Assembly (NCBI GenBank): GCA_903907935.1
Contig: CAIVQA010000053.1
Coordinates: 176-64,175, forward strand
Length of the DNA stretch: 64,000 nt
Reading direction: 5' to 3'
Source of the DNA: an uncultured Francisellaceae bacterium
Lineage (GTDB): Bacteria > Pseudomonadota > Gammaproteobacteria > UBA6186 > Azoamicaceae
Part shown: piece by piece, positions 38,134 through 47,558 of the stretch
Numbering within the stretch: position 1 is the stretch's first letter
Layout of the letters: each line of letters opens with the position of its first letter
The notes under the pieces: generated by a model
What the model was told of the DNA's origin: nothing
The model's database searches: none
What the model saw: the letters and a program-made list of their open reading frames with translations, nothing else
Program-made: the position numbers and the translations under genes

Positions 38134-38337
38134 TGAGTTTTCGGTACTCTAAAAAACAAGGAGTGTTGTTTGAGCCTCTTTGACCTCTAGTTGCTCCTTA
38201 CTTTGCGAAAGGCGAGTTTCACGAAAAAATGTCAGGATAGACATTTTTGACGTGTGCAACACGCCCGAAGGGCGAGCGCCAGGATTGACGCGAGTCACTT
38301 GTTTTTTAGAGCACCGAAAACTCATTAGTGGGGAGTA
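38121..38337 (+). repeat. family-A palindromic element, long form with module C (copy A7), inside the rpmA-obg junction
   Basis: Termini TACTTCCCACTAATGAGTTTTCGGTACTCTAAAAAACAAG and CTTGTTTTTTAGAGCACCGAAAACTCATTAGTGGGGAGTA. It ends 3 nt before the obg ATG. Confidence 0.9.
38224..38298 (+). repeat. module C, copy C4 inside A7
   Basis: AAAAAATGTCAGGATAGACATTTTTGACGTGTGCAACACGCCCGAAGGGCGAGCGCCAGGATTGACGCGAGTCAC. It interrupts the A core between GTTTCACGA and CTTGTTTT. Confidence 0.85.
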
Positions 38338-38340
38338 TGC

Positions 38341-39450
38341 ATGAAATTTATTGATGAAGTAACCATACGAGTTCAAGCAGGTAAAGGTGGAGATGGTTGT
38401 TGTAGCTTCAGAAGAGAAAAGTTTATTCCATTTGGTGGCCCAGATGGTGGAAATGGTGGAAATGGCGGAAATATTTATCTACAAGCTACTTCTAGACTAC
38501 ACACTTTAGTAGATCTCAACTATAAAAAAAGTTACCAATCAGAAAAAGGTAAAGCTGGTGGTGGATGTTTATGTACCGGTAAATCTGGAGAACATTTAAT
38601 TATTGAAGTACCAATCGGTACAATTGTTAAAGAACAAGATACAGACGAAATAATTGGTGATTTAGTTAAAGATCAAGAATTATTGTTAGTTGCCAAAGGC
38701 GGTCAAGGAGGATTAGGTAACCATAATTTTAAAAGTAGTACCAATAGAGCTCCTCGTAAAATCATTAAAGGCACTCTAGGAGATGAACGTAATTTACATT
38801 TGGAACTTAGATTATTGGCAGATGTAGGATTATTAGGTTTTCCTAATGCTGGTAAATCTTCATTAATTAGCAAAGTATCTTCTGCAAAACCAAAAATTGC
38901 CGATTACCCATTCACTACTATGAACCCCAATCTTGGCGTAGTAAAAGTAGATCATTCTAGTTTTGTAATGGCAGATCTTCCTGGGTTGCTAGAAGGAGCA
39001 GCCAGCGGAGTAGGTTTAGGAATTAGATTTTTAAAACATTTATCTAGAACCGCCTTATTACTGCATATAGTAGATTTAGCTAATTACTTAAATTCAAATG
39101 TAGACAGTGAAAACTATTACTCTCTAACTACTACAAAACAAGACTCTATTATTTTAAATAATTTAATTGAACAAATTAATATAATTAATCAAGAATTAGA
39201 AAACTACCATGATCCAGAATTAAAAACTAAAAATCGCTGGATCGTAATTAATAAAATTGATTTATTAGATAAAGAACAGTTAAATAGATTAACCAAAAAA
39301 TTATTAACTAAAAAATTATTAAATTTTAATAAAAAAAATAATAAACTATTTTGGATTTCAACTGTTACTGGATCTGGAATTAGCCAGTTATGTAAAGAAA
39401 TTGCAAAACATTTAGGAGCAGAACGATGTCAGAAAACACCAATAGCATAG
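38341..39450 (+). CDS. obgE: GTPase Obg/CgtA
   Basis: MKFIDEVTIRVQAGKGGDGCCSFRREKFIPFGGPDGGNGGNGG, GFPNAGKSS, DLPGL and NKID. Confidence 0.95.
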   Translation: MKFIDEVTIRVQAGKGGDGCCSFRREKFIPFGGPDGGNGGNGGNIYLQATSRLHTLVDLNYKKSYQSEKGKAGGGCLCTGKSGEHLIIEVPIGTIVKEQDTDEIIGDLVKDQELLLVAKGGQGGLGNHNFKSSTNRAPRKIIKGTLGDERNLHLELRLLADVGLLGFPNAGKSSLISKVSSAKPKIADYPFTTMNPNLGVVKVDHSSFVMADLPGLLEGAASGVGLGIRFLKHLSRTALLLHIVDLANYLNSNVDSENYYSLTTTKQDSIILNNLIEQINIINQELENYHDPELKTKNRWIVINKIDLLDKEQLNRLTKKLLTKKLLNFNKKNNKLFWISTVTGSGISQLCKEIAKHLGAERCQKTPIA

Positions 39451-39716
39451 ATGATTTATCCGTCTCTTATTATGAAGATGGGATAGAAACAATAAAACAA
39501 TTAGATAAAGAGGTTTTAACTAAAGGTGCTTGGGCAACCATAATGTTTAAACATCAAGATTGGGACAAAAAATTACAAGATTATGGTCCAATTAAATTTA
39601 CTATAAGACGCTATCAGAAAAAGAATGGAATATACAAACAAAGATCTAAATTTAATATTTCTAGTATGGATCAAGCAAAACAAATTATAGAAATATTAAC
39701 TAACTGGATTTCTTGA
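39426..39716 (+). CDS. hypothetical protein
   Basis: 96-aa ORF overlapping the obg 3' end by 25 nt. No motif recognised. Confidence 0.4.
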   Translation: MSENTNSIDDLSVSYYEDGIETIKQLDKEVLTKGAWATIMFKHQDWDKKLQDYGPIKFTIRRYQKKNGIYKQRSKFNISSMDQAKQIIEILTNWIS

Positions 39717-39735
39717 TTAAGAAATATACACGTTT

Positions 39736-40002
39736 CTAGCTAGCAAGTTTTTTAATTCTTAGACACAAACGACTCTTGTGTCTATTAGCTTTATTCTTAT
39801 GAATAAGCCCCTTGTTTACTAAATTGTCTAATACAGAACTAGCCAAAGTAAGCTCTTTACTAGCTAATTCTTGATTTTTTACTTCGATAGCAGAATTTAC
39901 TCGCTTAAGGTAAGTCCGCATAGTAGAACGCTGTGCATTATTATGTAAACGTCGCTTAGTATTTTGACGGATCCTTTTTTTTGCTTGTATTGTGTTTGCC
40001 AA
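39736..40002 (-). CDS. rpsT: 30S ribosomal protein S20
   Basis: MANTIQAKKRIRQNTKRRLHNNAQRSTMRTYLKRV. Confidence 0.95.
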   Translation of the reverse strand: MANTIQAKKRIRQNTKRRLHNNAQRSTMRTYLKRVNSAIEVKNQELASKELTLASSVLDNLVNKGLIHKNKANRHKSRLCLRIKKLAS

Positions 40003-40096
40003 CTTAATACCCTTTAACTTTTTTAACTTCGAGAATACTTAATTTTTGTTTATAATTATAATAGTTTGTCATAGAATTATTAACGCTGTCAATACG

Positions 40097-40130
40097 TATA
40101 TATTAATCGCCCATGAGTGCAATTAGTATA
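40097..40130. repeat. solo-terminus remnant of a family-A element
   Basis: TATATATTAATCGCCCATGAG joined directly to TGCAATTAGTATA, i.e. outer left arm plus outer right arm with the whole interior missing. Confidence 0.55.
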
Positions 40131-40152
40131 CACTGATATATAGGTAATTAAT

Positions 40153-41718
40153 TTGACTAATTTAGAAAAACCAAAAAAACACATATCGCGATCTTTAGTT
40201 AAGAATTCAGTAGTTTCTAGCTTCGCTACGCTAATATCTAGAATTTCTGGCTTTATACGAGACATAATAACCGCCACTCTATTTGGCGCAACTATTGGGT
40301 ACGATGCTTATTTAGTAGCATTTCGTATCCCAAATTTAATGCGTAGATTATTTGCTGAAGGTGCATTTTCTCAAGCATTTGTGCCAATTTTTGCTGAATA
40401 TACTGAACAAAAAGATCCTAAAGAAATACAATTATTTTTAAATAAAATAGCTGGCAATTTAACTTTTATATTATTAATAATAACTGTATTGGGGATATTA
40501 CTATGTCCATGGATCATTAAAATTTTTGCACCAGGTTTTACTAATAATCCATTAAAATTACAAACCGCAATTAACATGTTGCAAATTACTTTTCCATATA
40601 TTCTTTTTATATCATTAACTGCACTAGCTGCTGGGGTTTTAAATTGTTACCACCAATTTATGGTACCCTCTTTTACTCCTGTATTATTAAATTTTAGCTT
40701 AATTTGTTTTAGTTTATTGTTAGCCAAATATTTTACACCTCCAGAATTATCTTTAGCATGGGGAGTACTAATTGCAGGAATAATACAATTAGGATTCCAA
40801 TTACCCTTTCTATATAAATTACGCCTGTTGCCCAAATTAACTATAAATTGGACTGATCCAGGAGTTAAGCGAGTATTATTTTTGATGATCCCGGCAATCT
40901 TTGGGGCAGCAATTGGACAAATTAATATTTTAATAGATAGTATATTTGCTTCATTTTTAGAAACCGGTAGTATAACTTGGTTATATTATGCAGACCGTTT
41001 AATGGAGTTTCCGCTAGGAGTTTTTGGAATATCTTTTGCCACAGTTATTCTACCTCAATTATCTAGAAGTTTTGCTAATAAAAATCAAAAACAATTTAAT
41101 GATGTTTTAGAATGGGGAATTAAAGCCGCATTATTAATAGGCATTCCTTCTTGTGTAGTACTATTATTTTTAGCGGAACAAATTATTAGTACTTTATTTT
41201 TAAGAGGAAAATTTACTTATTATGATGTATTAATGAGTTCTCAAGCTTTAATGGCATATGCTTTTTCTGTACCAGGGATTATGTTAGTAAAAATTTTTTC
41301 TAGTGGATTTTATGCTAAAGGAGATCTAAAGACCCCGGTAAAAATAGGGGTTTTTATACTAACATCTAATATTATTTTAAATAGCATATTAACAAAATAT
41401 TTAGCTCATGTTGGTATTGCTTTAGCTACCTCTATAGTATCTATATTACATGCTACTATATTATTTATTTTTCTAGAAAAAACTCTTGTAGAAAAAGAAA
41501 ATATTCGCTCTCCAAAGATCTCTAAACTTAGTATTAGTATAACCATAGCAGTTATGCTATTGGCTTCATTTTTAAATTTTTATCCACCAGAAATATCAGT
41601 ATGGGTAGAACAACCACTAAAAACCCAAATTTTTAAGTTAAGTGAAATATTTGCTTTAGCAGGACTTATATATTGTGGTACCCTACGGATCACAGGAATT
41701 AAATTAAAAAATGTTTAA
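40153..41718 (+). CDS. murJ: lipid II flippase MurJ (MviN)
   Basis: 521-aa polytopic ORF with SR(I/V)SGFIRD, FGA..G.DAYLVAFRIPNLMRRLFAEGAFSQAFVP. TTG start. Divergent from rpsT. Confidence 0.92.
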   Translation: MTNLEKPKKHISRSLVKNSVVSSFATLISRISGFIRDIITATLFGATIGYDAYLVAFRIPNLMRRLFAEGAFSQAFVPIFAEYTEQKDPKEIQLFLNKIAGNLTFILLIITVLGILLCPWIIKIFAPGFTNNPLKLQTAINMLQITFPYILFISLTALAAGVLNCYHQFMVPSFTPVLLNFSLICFSLLLAKYFTPPELSLAWGVLIAGIIQLGFQLPFLYKLRLLPKLTINWTDPGVKRVLFLMIPAIFGAAIGQINILIDSIFASFLETGSITWLYYADRLMEFPLGVFGISFATVILPQLSRSFANKNQKQFNDVLEWGIKAALLIGIPSCVVLLFLAEQIISTLFLRGKFTYYDVLMSSQALMAYAFSVPGIMLVKIFSSGFYAKGDLKTPVKIGVFILTSNIILNSILTKYLAHVGIALATSIVSILHATILFIFLEKTLVEKENIRSPKISKLSISITIAVMLLASFLNFYPPEISVWVEQPLKTQIFKLSEIFALAGLIYCGTLRITGIKLKNV

Positions 41719-41722
41719 TATA

Positions 41723-41870
41723 TATACTTAGCTCACATGAATTCTCGGTACTCTAAAAAACAAGGAGTGTTGTTTGAGCCTCTTTGACCTCTAGTTGCTC
41801 TTTGTTTTGCGAAAGGCGAGTTTCACGACTTGTTTTTTAGAGTACCGATAATTCATGTGAGCTAAGTATA
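41723..41870 (+). repeat. family-A palindromic element, short form (copy A8)
   Basis: Arms are TATACTTAGCTCACATGAATTCTCGGTACTCTAAAAAACAAG and its mirror, with one mismatch. Copy-private changes are present in both arms. Confidence 0.9.
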
Positions 41871-41881
41871 CTTGGTGATTT

Positions 41882-44707
41882 ATGCAAAATAAAACTGAAG
41901 AAACTAAGAATTTTGATTATAAAAATACTCTAAATTTACCAACAACAAACTTTCCAATGAAAGCTAACTTAGCTAACGAAGAACCTAAAATTCTAGCATT
42001 TTGGCAACAAATTGGTTTGTATAATTTATTACAAGATCACCATAAAAACGATAAGGTTTTTACTTTTCAAGATGGTCCACCATATGCTAACGGTTCGATC
42101 CATTTAGGTCATGCTTTTAATAGAATTTTAAAAGATTTTATTGTTAAAAGTAAAACTTTAAGTGGTTATAGGGTGCCATTTATTCCTGGTTGGGACTGCC
42201 ATGGCTTACCAATAGAGATTAAAGTCGAAAAAGAATTAAATCAACAAAGTCATCAAATAGATCCAATTTTATTTATTACTAAATGCCGTGAATATGCAAC
42301 CACCCAAATTAATGTTCAAAAACAACAATTTATTAGACTAGGAGTTATCGCTAATTGGCAAAACCCTTACGTTACTATGGACTTTAAATTTGAAGCTGCG
42401 GTTATGCGTACTTTAGCTAAAATTATGGCTAATGGACATTTAACTAGAGGGGATCGACCAGTACATTGGTGTATAAATTGTGGTTCAGCTTTGGCTGAAG
42501 CCGAAGTAGAATATAAAGAAAAAAAATCTCCATCAATTTATGTTGCTTTTAATTGCAAAAATAATGCCGAAATTTTATCAAGATTTAAATTAAATAATAA
42601 TATTTTAAAACCAGAACAAAAAATTTCGGTGCTTACTTGGACTACTACTCCTTGGACAATACCTGCTATCCAAGGAGTTGCCGTTAATCAAAAATTTACT
42701 TATTGTTTGCTATATAGTAAAGAATTAGATAGATTTTTTATAATAGCAGAGAGGCTATTGTCTAGTGTCGTTACTTCTATACAATTAAAAGATTATTCTA
42801 TTGTGGCTAAATGTTGTGGAGCGGAATTAGAGCATGTTTTATTACAGCATCCACTATATTCTCGTACTGGACCAATTATATTAGGTGAACATGTAACTTT
42901 AGATGCTGGTACCGGTTGTGTGACTACAGCTCCTGCTCATGGACATGACGATTACATTGCTGGCAAAAAATATAATTTGTCAGTAGAAAATTTTATTAAT
43001 AATCGAGGCTGTTTTCTAGAGACTACCGAATTTTTTGCTAATTTACATATAAATAAAGCCGCAACCAAAATTATAGAAATGTTACAACAAAATGGTAATT
43101 TACTAGCTTCTAGCGAAATTTTACATAGCTATCCACACTGTTGGCGCCATAAAACCCCTATTATATTTATGGCAACCCCTCAATGGTTTATTAGTATGGA
43201 AAAAAATCATTTACTCTCTAAAGCTTTAGCCGAAGTAAAAAAAGTTCATTGGTTCCCCACTTGGGGAGAAACTCGTATGGAATCTATGCTACAACCAGGC
43301 CGTCCAGATTGGTGTATTTCTAGACAAAGAGTATGGGGAGTACCGATCCCATTTTTTATTCATAAAACAACTGGAAATTTGCATCCTGATCAATTAAATT
43401 TAATAGAAAAAATAGCCCAAAAAGTTGAAATTAAAGGTATAGAAGCCTGGCATCAATTAGATCCAAAAGAATTATTAGGAAATGTTTATGATGATTATAT
43501 AAAATCTACTGATGCTTTAGACGTATGGTTCGAATCTGGTACTGTAAATTGCTGCATCAATCACACCCACCCAGAAATGAGTAATTATGCAGATCTATAT
43601 TTAGAAGGTTCTGATCAACATCGTGGTTGGTTTCAATCATCACTATTAGTTTCTATAGCTGCTAATAACCAGCCTCCTTTTAAAGAAGTATTAACTCATG
43701 GATTCGTATTAGATGCCTCTGGTAACAAAATGTCTAAATCTTTAGGTAATATTATTGAACCGGAAAATATAATAAATAAATATGGCGCAGATCTATTACG
43801 TTTATGGGTAGCAACTACTGATTATAGTGGAGATCTTAAAATATCAGAAGATATTTTAAAACGGGTTGGTGATTCTTATCGTCGTATCAGAAATACCGCT
43901 AGATTTTTATTAGCAAATTTGCACGATTTTGATCATACTAAAAACATTTTACCAGTAGATCAATTATTACTTTTAGATAGATGGATTTTAGCTAAAGCCA
44001 ATAAGCTACAACAAGAAATTTTAGAACTTTACAACGAATATAAATATCATCTAGCTTATCAAAAAATTCATAATTTTTGTGTGGAAGAATTAGGTAGTTT
44101 TTATTTAGATGTTATTAAAGATCGACAATATACCTGCAAACCAAATTCCATACCAAGGCGCTCCGCACAAACAGTTTTATACTATATATTAGAAGCATTT
44201 GTACGATGGATAGCCCCAATTTTAAGTTTTACCGCTGAGGAAATTTGGAAATACTTACCAAATCGTACAGAACCATCAATTTTTTTAAATAGCTGGTATA
44301 ACATGATTGATGAAAAAATTGACGAAAATCTTTGGGGTATTGTCTTAACAATAAGAAAAGAAGTAAATAAACAAATAGAATTAATAAGAAATAATAATCA
44401 AATTGGCTCTTCATTAGAAGCTGAAGTAACCATACACTGTAATTCAGAAATATTTAAAATATTAACTAGCATCCAAGATCTACCAAAAGAATTTAAATTT
44501 ATTTTAATTACCTCTAGTGCCGAAATTATTTTGGATCAAACACTTAATAATGATCCTATAGGGTTTAACATAACAATTAATTGTTCTAATAATCCTAAAT
44601 GTGCTCGCTGTTGGCATCGAGTTAAAAATCTTAATAACGAACAATTATGTTATAGATGTACTACCAATATAACTACAGAACAAGGTGAAACTAGAATGTA
44701 TGCTTAA
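41882..44707 (+). CDS. ileS: isoleucine--tRNA ligase
   Basis: PPYANGSIHLGH (HIGH), KMSKS and a C-terminal zinc-binding region (CARCWHR..CYRC). Confidence 0.97.
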   Translation: MQNKTEETKNFDYKNTLNLPTTNFPMKANLANEEPKILAFWQQIGLYNLLQDHHKNDKVFTFQDGPPYANGSIHLGHAFNRILKDFIVKSKTLSGYRVPFIPGWDCHGLPIEIKVEKELNQQSHQIDPILFITKCREYATTQINVQKQQFIRLGVIANWQNPYVTMDFKFEAAVMRTLAKIMANGHLTRGDRPVHWCINCGSALAEAEVEYKEKKSPSIYVAFNCKNNAEILSRFKLNNNILKPEQKISVLTWTTTPWTIPAIQGVAVNQKFTYCLLYSKELDRFFIIAERLLSSVVTSIQLKDYSIVAKCCGAELEHVLLQHPLYSRTGPIILGEHVTLDAGTGCVTTAPAHGHDDYIAGKKYNLSVENFINNRGCFLETTEFFANLHINKAATKIIEMLQQNGNLLASSEILHSYPHCWRHKTPIIFMATPQWFISMEKNHLLSKALAEVKKVHWFPTWGETRMESMLQPGRPDWCISRQRVWGVPIPFFIHKTTGNLHPDQLNLIEKIAQKVEIKGIEAWHQLDPKELLGNVYDDYIKSTDALDVWFESGTVNCCINHTHPEMSNYADLYLEGSDQHRGWFQSSLLVSIAANNQPPFKEVLTHGFVLDASGNKMSKSLGNIIEPENIINKYGADLLRLWVATTDYSGDLKISEDILKRVGDSYRRIRNTARFLLANLHDFDHTKNILPVDQLLLLDRWILAKANKLQQEILELYNEYKYHLAYQKIHNFCVEELGSFYLDVIKDRQYTCKPNSIPRRSAQTVLYYILEAFVRWIAPILSFTAEEIWKYLPNRTEPSIFLNSWYNMIDEKIDENLWGIVLTIRKEVNKQIELIRNNNQIGSSLEAEVTIHCNSEIFKILTSIQDLPKEFKFILITSSAEIILDQTLNNDPIGFNITINCSNNPKCARCWHRVKNLNNEQLCYRCTTNITTEQGETRMYA

Positions 44708-45182
44708 AAATATCTGTTTAGCTATTTGCATAGTATTACTTGATCAGTTTAGTAAATTATGGATTGTAAAAAATTTGATTTGGCACGAAACATTACCAAT
44801 CTTAAATGCTAAGTCTTTTGGTTTTAATTTATTTTTAACACATAATACTGGGGCTGCTTTTGGATTTTTACATAATGCTAATGGTTGGCAAAATTATTTA
44901 TTTTTAATTATAGCAATACTAGCTGGCATTATTATTTTATATTTGTTAATTAATAACAAAATTACTAATACTCTAGAAAAATTGGCTTTGCTATTTATTT
45001 TAGGTGGTAGCATTGGTAATTTAGTAGATAGAATTGTATATGGTTATGTTATAGATTTTATTGATGTTTATGTAAAAAATTATCATTGGTATACGTTTAA
45101 TATTGCAGATAGTGCAATTTGTATAGCGATGGGGTTATTAATTTTTAATTGGCTGCCTTATTCCAAACCAAAGTTCAGGTAA
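44700..45182 (+). CDS. lspA: lipoprotein signal peptidase II
   Basis: DQFSK, NTGAAFG and GGSIGNLVDR..VIDFID..FNIAD. ATG 44700 overlaps the ileS end; the track ORF begins at GTG 44685. Confidence 0.93.
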   Translation: MLKNICLAICIVLLDQFSKLWIVKNLIWHETLPILNAKSFGFNLFLTHNTGAAFGFLHNANGWQNYLFLIIAILAGIIILYLLINNKITNTLEKLALLFILGGSIGNLVDRIVYGYVIDFIDVYVKNYHWYTFNIADSAICIAMGLLIFNWLPYSKPKFR

Positions 45183-45660
45183 CCCGACATAAGTGACTAC
45201 CAATAAACAACCCATGACACATTGCTATTGCCAATGCATCAGCAGCATCAGCTTGAGGGATCTTATTTAAAGCTAATAAAGTTTGTACCATTTTTTGTAC
45301 CTGCCCTTTATCTGCTTGACCAAAACCAACTACTGCTTGTTTAACTTGACGAGGAAAATATTCATGCACGGTAAAACCACAATTAGCAGCAGCTACAATT
45401 GCAGCTCCTCGCGCTTGACCTAATTTTAAGGCACTATTAGGATTTTTATGAACAAAAACTTTTTCAATACTAATTTGATCTGGTTTGTATTTATTAATGA
45501 TCTCTAATAGATCTGTATAAATTTGTTTTAAGCGTAGTGACCAATCTGTGCCTATAATTTTTATACATCCACTAACAACATAATGTTGTTTTTTATTTTG
45601 TAGATCTATAATTCCAAAACCTGTGATCCTAGATCCTGGATCTATCCCTAAAATTAACAT
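45175..45660 (-). CDS. ruvC: crossover junction endodeoxyribonuclease RuvC
   Basis: MLILGIDPGSRITGFGII, QISIEKVF, ADAADALAIA. Confidence 0.95.
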   Translation of the reverse strand: MLILGIDPGSRITGFGIIDLQNKKQHYVVSGCIKIIGTDWSLRLKQIYTDLLEIINKYKPDQISIEKVFVHKNPNSALKLGQARGAAIVAAANCGFTVHEYFPRQVKQAVVGFGQADKGQVQKMVQTLLALNKIPQADAADALAIAMCHGLFIGSHLCRVT

Positions 45661-45666
45661 TAGTTT

Positions 45667-46413
45667 TTACTCGTCATACTCTGATAAATCAGCATTAGAG
45701 TATACATTTTGGACATCATCCAAATCTTCTAAAACGTCTAAAAATTTCATGATTTTATTAGCTGCATCTTTATTTTCTGGTTTAATATAACTTTTAGCAA
45801 TAGTAACTATTTCAGCACTATTCACCTCGGCAGGTAGATCTATTAAAGATGCTTTAATATTAATAAGATCTTTTGGCTCGGTAGTTATTAAAATTAGATC
45901 TTCCTGTACCTCAAAATCTAATGCTCCCAAATTTATAGTTTTTTCCATAATATCGTCTATTTGTTGAGAAGATAAAGAAACTTTAGACTTAAGAACTATT
46001 TGTCCTTCTTTAGTAAACAAATAACTTACCGAACCATCTACTCCTAAATTACCGCCATATTTAGTAAAAGCATGCCGCACATTAGATACCGCTCTAGTAC
46101 GATTATCTGTTAGGCATTCTACCATTACGGCCATACTACATGGACCATAACCCTCATAAACTATCTCTTCTAAATCTTTTTCTTCCCCACCTATTGCCCG
46201 CTTTATAGCTCGATCAATAGCATCTCTAGTTAAATTACCACTTAGAGCTTTTTCGATTGCAGATCTTAATCTTGGGTTACCATTCGGATCGGGGCCACTT
46301 TGTTTAGTAGCTATAGTAATTTCTCTAATAAATCGCGTAAATAATTTACCGCGCTTTTGATCTTGTGCTTCTTTACGAAAACGAGTATTTGCCCATTTAC
46401 TATGTCCAGCCAC
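45667..46413 (-). CDS. yebC: YebC/PmpR-family DNA-binding regulator
   Basis: MAGHSKWANTRFRKEAQDQKRGKLFTR. Upstream of ruvC, as is typical. Confidence 0.93.
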   Translation of the reverse strand: MAGHSKWANTRFRKEAQDQKRGKLFTRFIREITIATKQSGPDPNGNPRLRSAIEKALSGNLTRDAIDRAIKRAIGGEEKDLEEIVYEGYGPCSMAVMVECLTDNRTRAVSNVRHAFTKYGGNLGVDGSVSYLFTKEGQIVLKSKVSLSSQQIDDIMEKTINLGALDFEVQEDLILITTEPKDLINIKASLIDLPAEVNSAEIVTIAKSYIKPENKDAANKIMKFLDVLEDLDDVQNVYSNADLSEYDE

Positions 46414-46414
46414 T

Positions 46415-46639
46415 TTAAACCTCTGTCGACGACGCTAAATTTCGTTTTTTTTCGTTTGGTGATTTAAAATCAGTTTCATACCAACCTTGTCCTTTTAATC
46501 TAAATCCTGATACAGAAATTATTTTTTTTACTGCATCATGATTACATTCTGGACAAATTTTTATAGGTAACTCAGAAATTTTTTGAATTCTTTCAAACCT
46601 TACCTGACAATTTAAACACTCATATTCATATATTGGCAT
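46415..46639 (-). CDS. FmdB-family zinc-ribbon protein
   Basis: MPIYEYECLNCQVRFE...CPEC (CxxC-CxxC regulatory zinc-ribbon signature). Confidence 0.8.
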   Translation of the reverse strand: MPIYEYECLNCQVRFERIQKISELPIKICPECNHDAVKKIISVSGFRLKGQGWYETDFKSPNEKKRNLASSTEV

Positions 46640-46661
46640 AACAAAACACCTAAAAATGTAA

Positions 46662-47087
46662 TTATTTTTTAAGATCAGACCACATACGTTGTTTTTCTTG
46701 TTCTATAGCTTCTTTACTATAATAAGTATTAGAGTGGTTACTACTATTTCTAATCAAATCGCGCATATGCTCATAACAAAAATGATTGCCTTTTTCCCAA
46801 CCTACCGAATAATCTTTTTCCACATTAAAACGATCTTCATCCCGAACATACTCAAATAAATTATCCCCGGCTGCGTTTTGCCCAGACCTGCAACCATCCA
46901 TATAGCCATCAGCAAAACTAGTTGTATACCCCTGCATAAGCAAATTATCACGATCTGCCATTAAATAACCAGTTTGATGTTCCACTGGACTGCTGGATTT
47001 CGATAATATATTATGGCTACAATTTGTACAACAAATTAGGCATAATAATAACGATAAATTTAAAAATATTCTTCGCATTAAAATCAT
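46662..47087 (-). CDS. hypothetical exported protein or lipoprotein
   Basis: 141-aa ORF with an N-terminal signal-like segment (LSLLLCLICC). No other motif recognised. Confidence 0.5.
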   Translation of the reverse strand: MILMRRIFLNLSLLLCLICCTNCSHNILSKSSSPVEHQTGYLMADRDNLLMQGYTTSFADGYMDGCRSGQNAAGDNLFEYVRDEDRFNVEKDYSVGWEKGNHFCYEHMRDLIRNSSNHSNTYYSKEAIEQEKQRMWSDLKK

Positions 47088-47121
47088 AATAAATCCAATA
47101 TAATGGTTTAAAAATTTATAA

Positions 47122-47270
47122 TATACTCTCAGCTAATAAGTTTTCGGTGCTCTAAAAAACAAGTCGTGAAACTCGCCTTTCGCAAAGTTAAAGAGCAACT
47201 AGAATCCAAAGGGGCTCAAACAACACTCCTTGTTTTTTAGAGCACCGAAAACTTATTAGCTGAGAGTATA
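47122..47270 (-). repeat. family-A palindromic element, short form (copy A9)
   Basis: Both arms read TATACTCTCAGCTAATAAGTTTTCGGTGCTCTAAAAAACAAG, a perfect mirror. The core is in the A3 orientation. Confidence 0.9.
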
Positions 47271-47297
47271 TAGTATTAATATTTTAGGGGAAACTTA

Positions 47298-47558
47298 ATG
47301 TTAAGGCTAATAATTATTTTTTTTATTATCGCTTTATTTAGTATGCTTTGGCGACTAATCAAATTGATAGCTCCTATTTTTAGTATATCTACTAAAAACA
47401 ACCAAAGTAACAATCAAAAAAATAACATTAAAAACTCCATTAAAAATTTAACTAAATGTACTACTTGCAATTTATATATACCTATGGAAGATGCTGTTTA
47501 TTACAATAGTAAAGTTTTTTGTTGTAAAGAACATGCCAACCAAGATCGATCAACATAA
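47298..47558 (+). CDS. PP0621-family small membrane/zinc-binding protein
   Basis: 86 aa: an N-terminal TM helix, then C..C...P...A........FCC.EH, as in PP0621-type proteins. Confidence 0.5.
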   Translation: MLRLIIIFFIIALFSMLWRLIKLIAPIFSISTKNNQSNNQKNNIKNSIKNLTKCTTCNLYIPMEDAVYYNSKVFCCKEHANQDRST

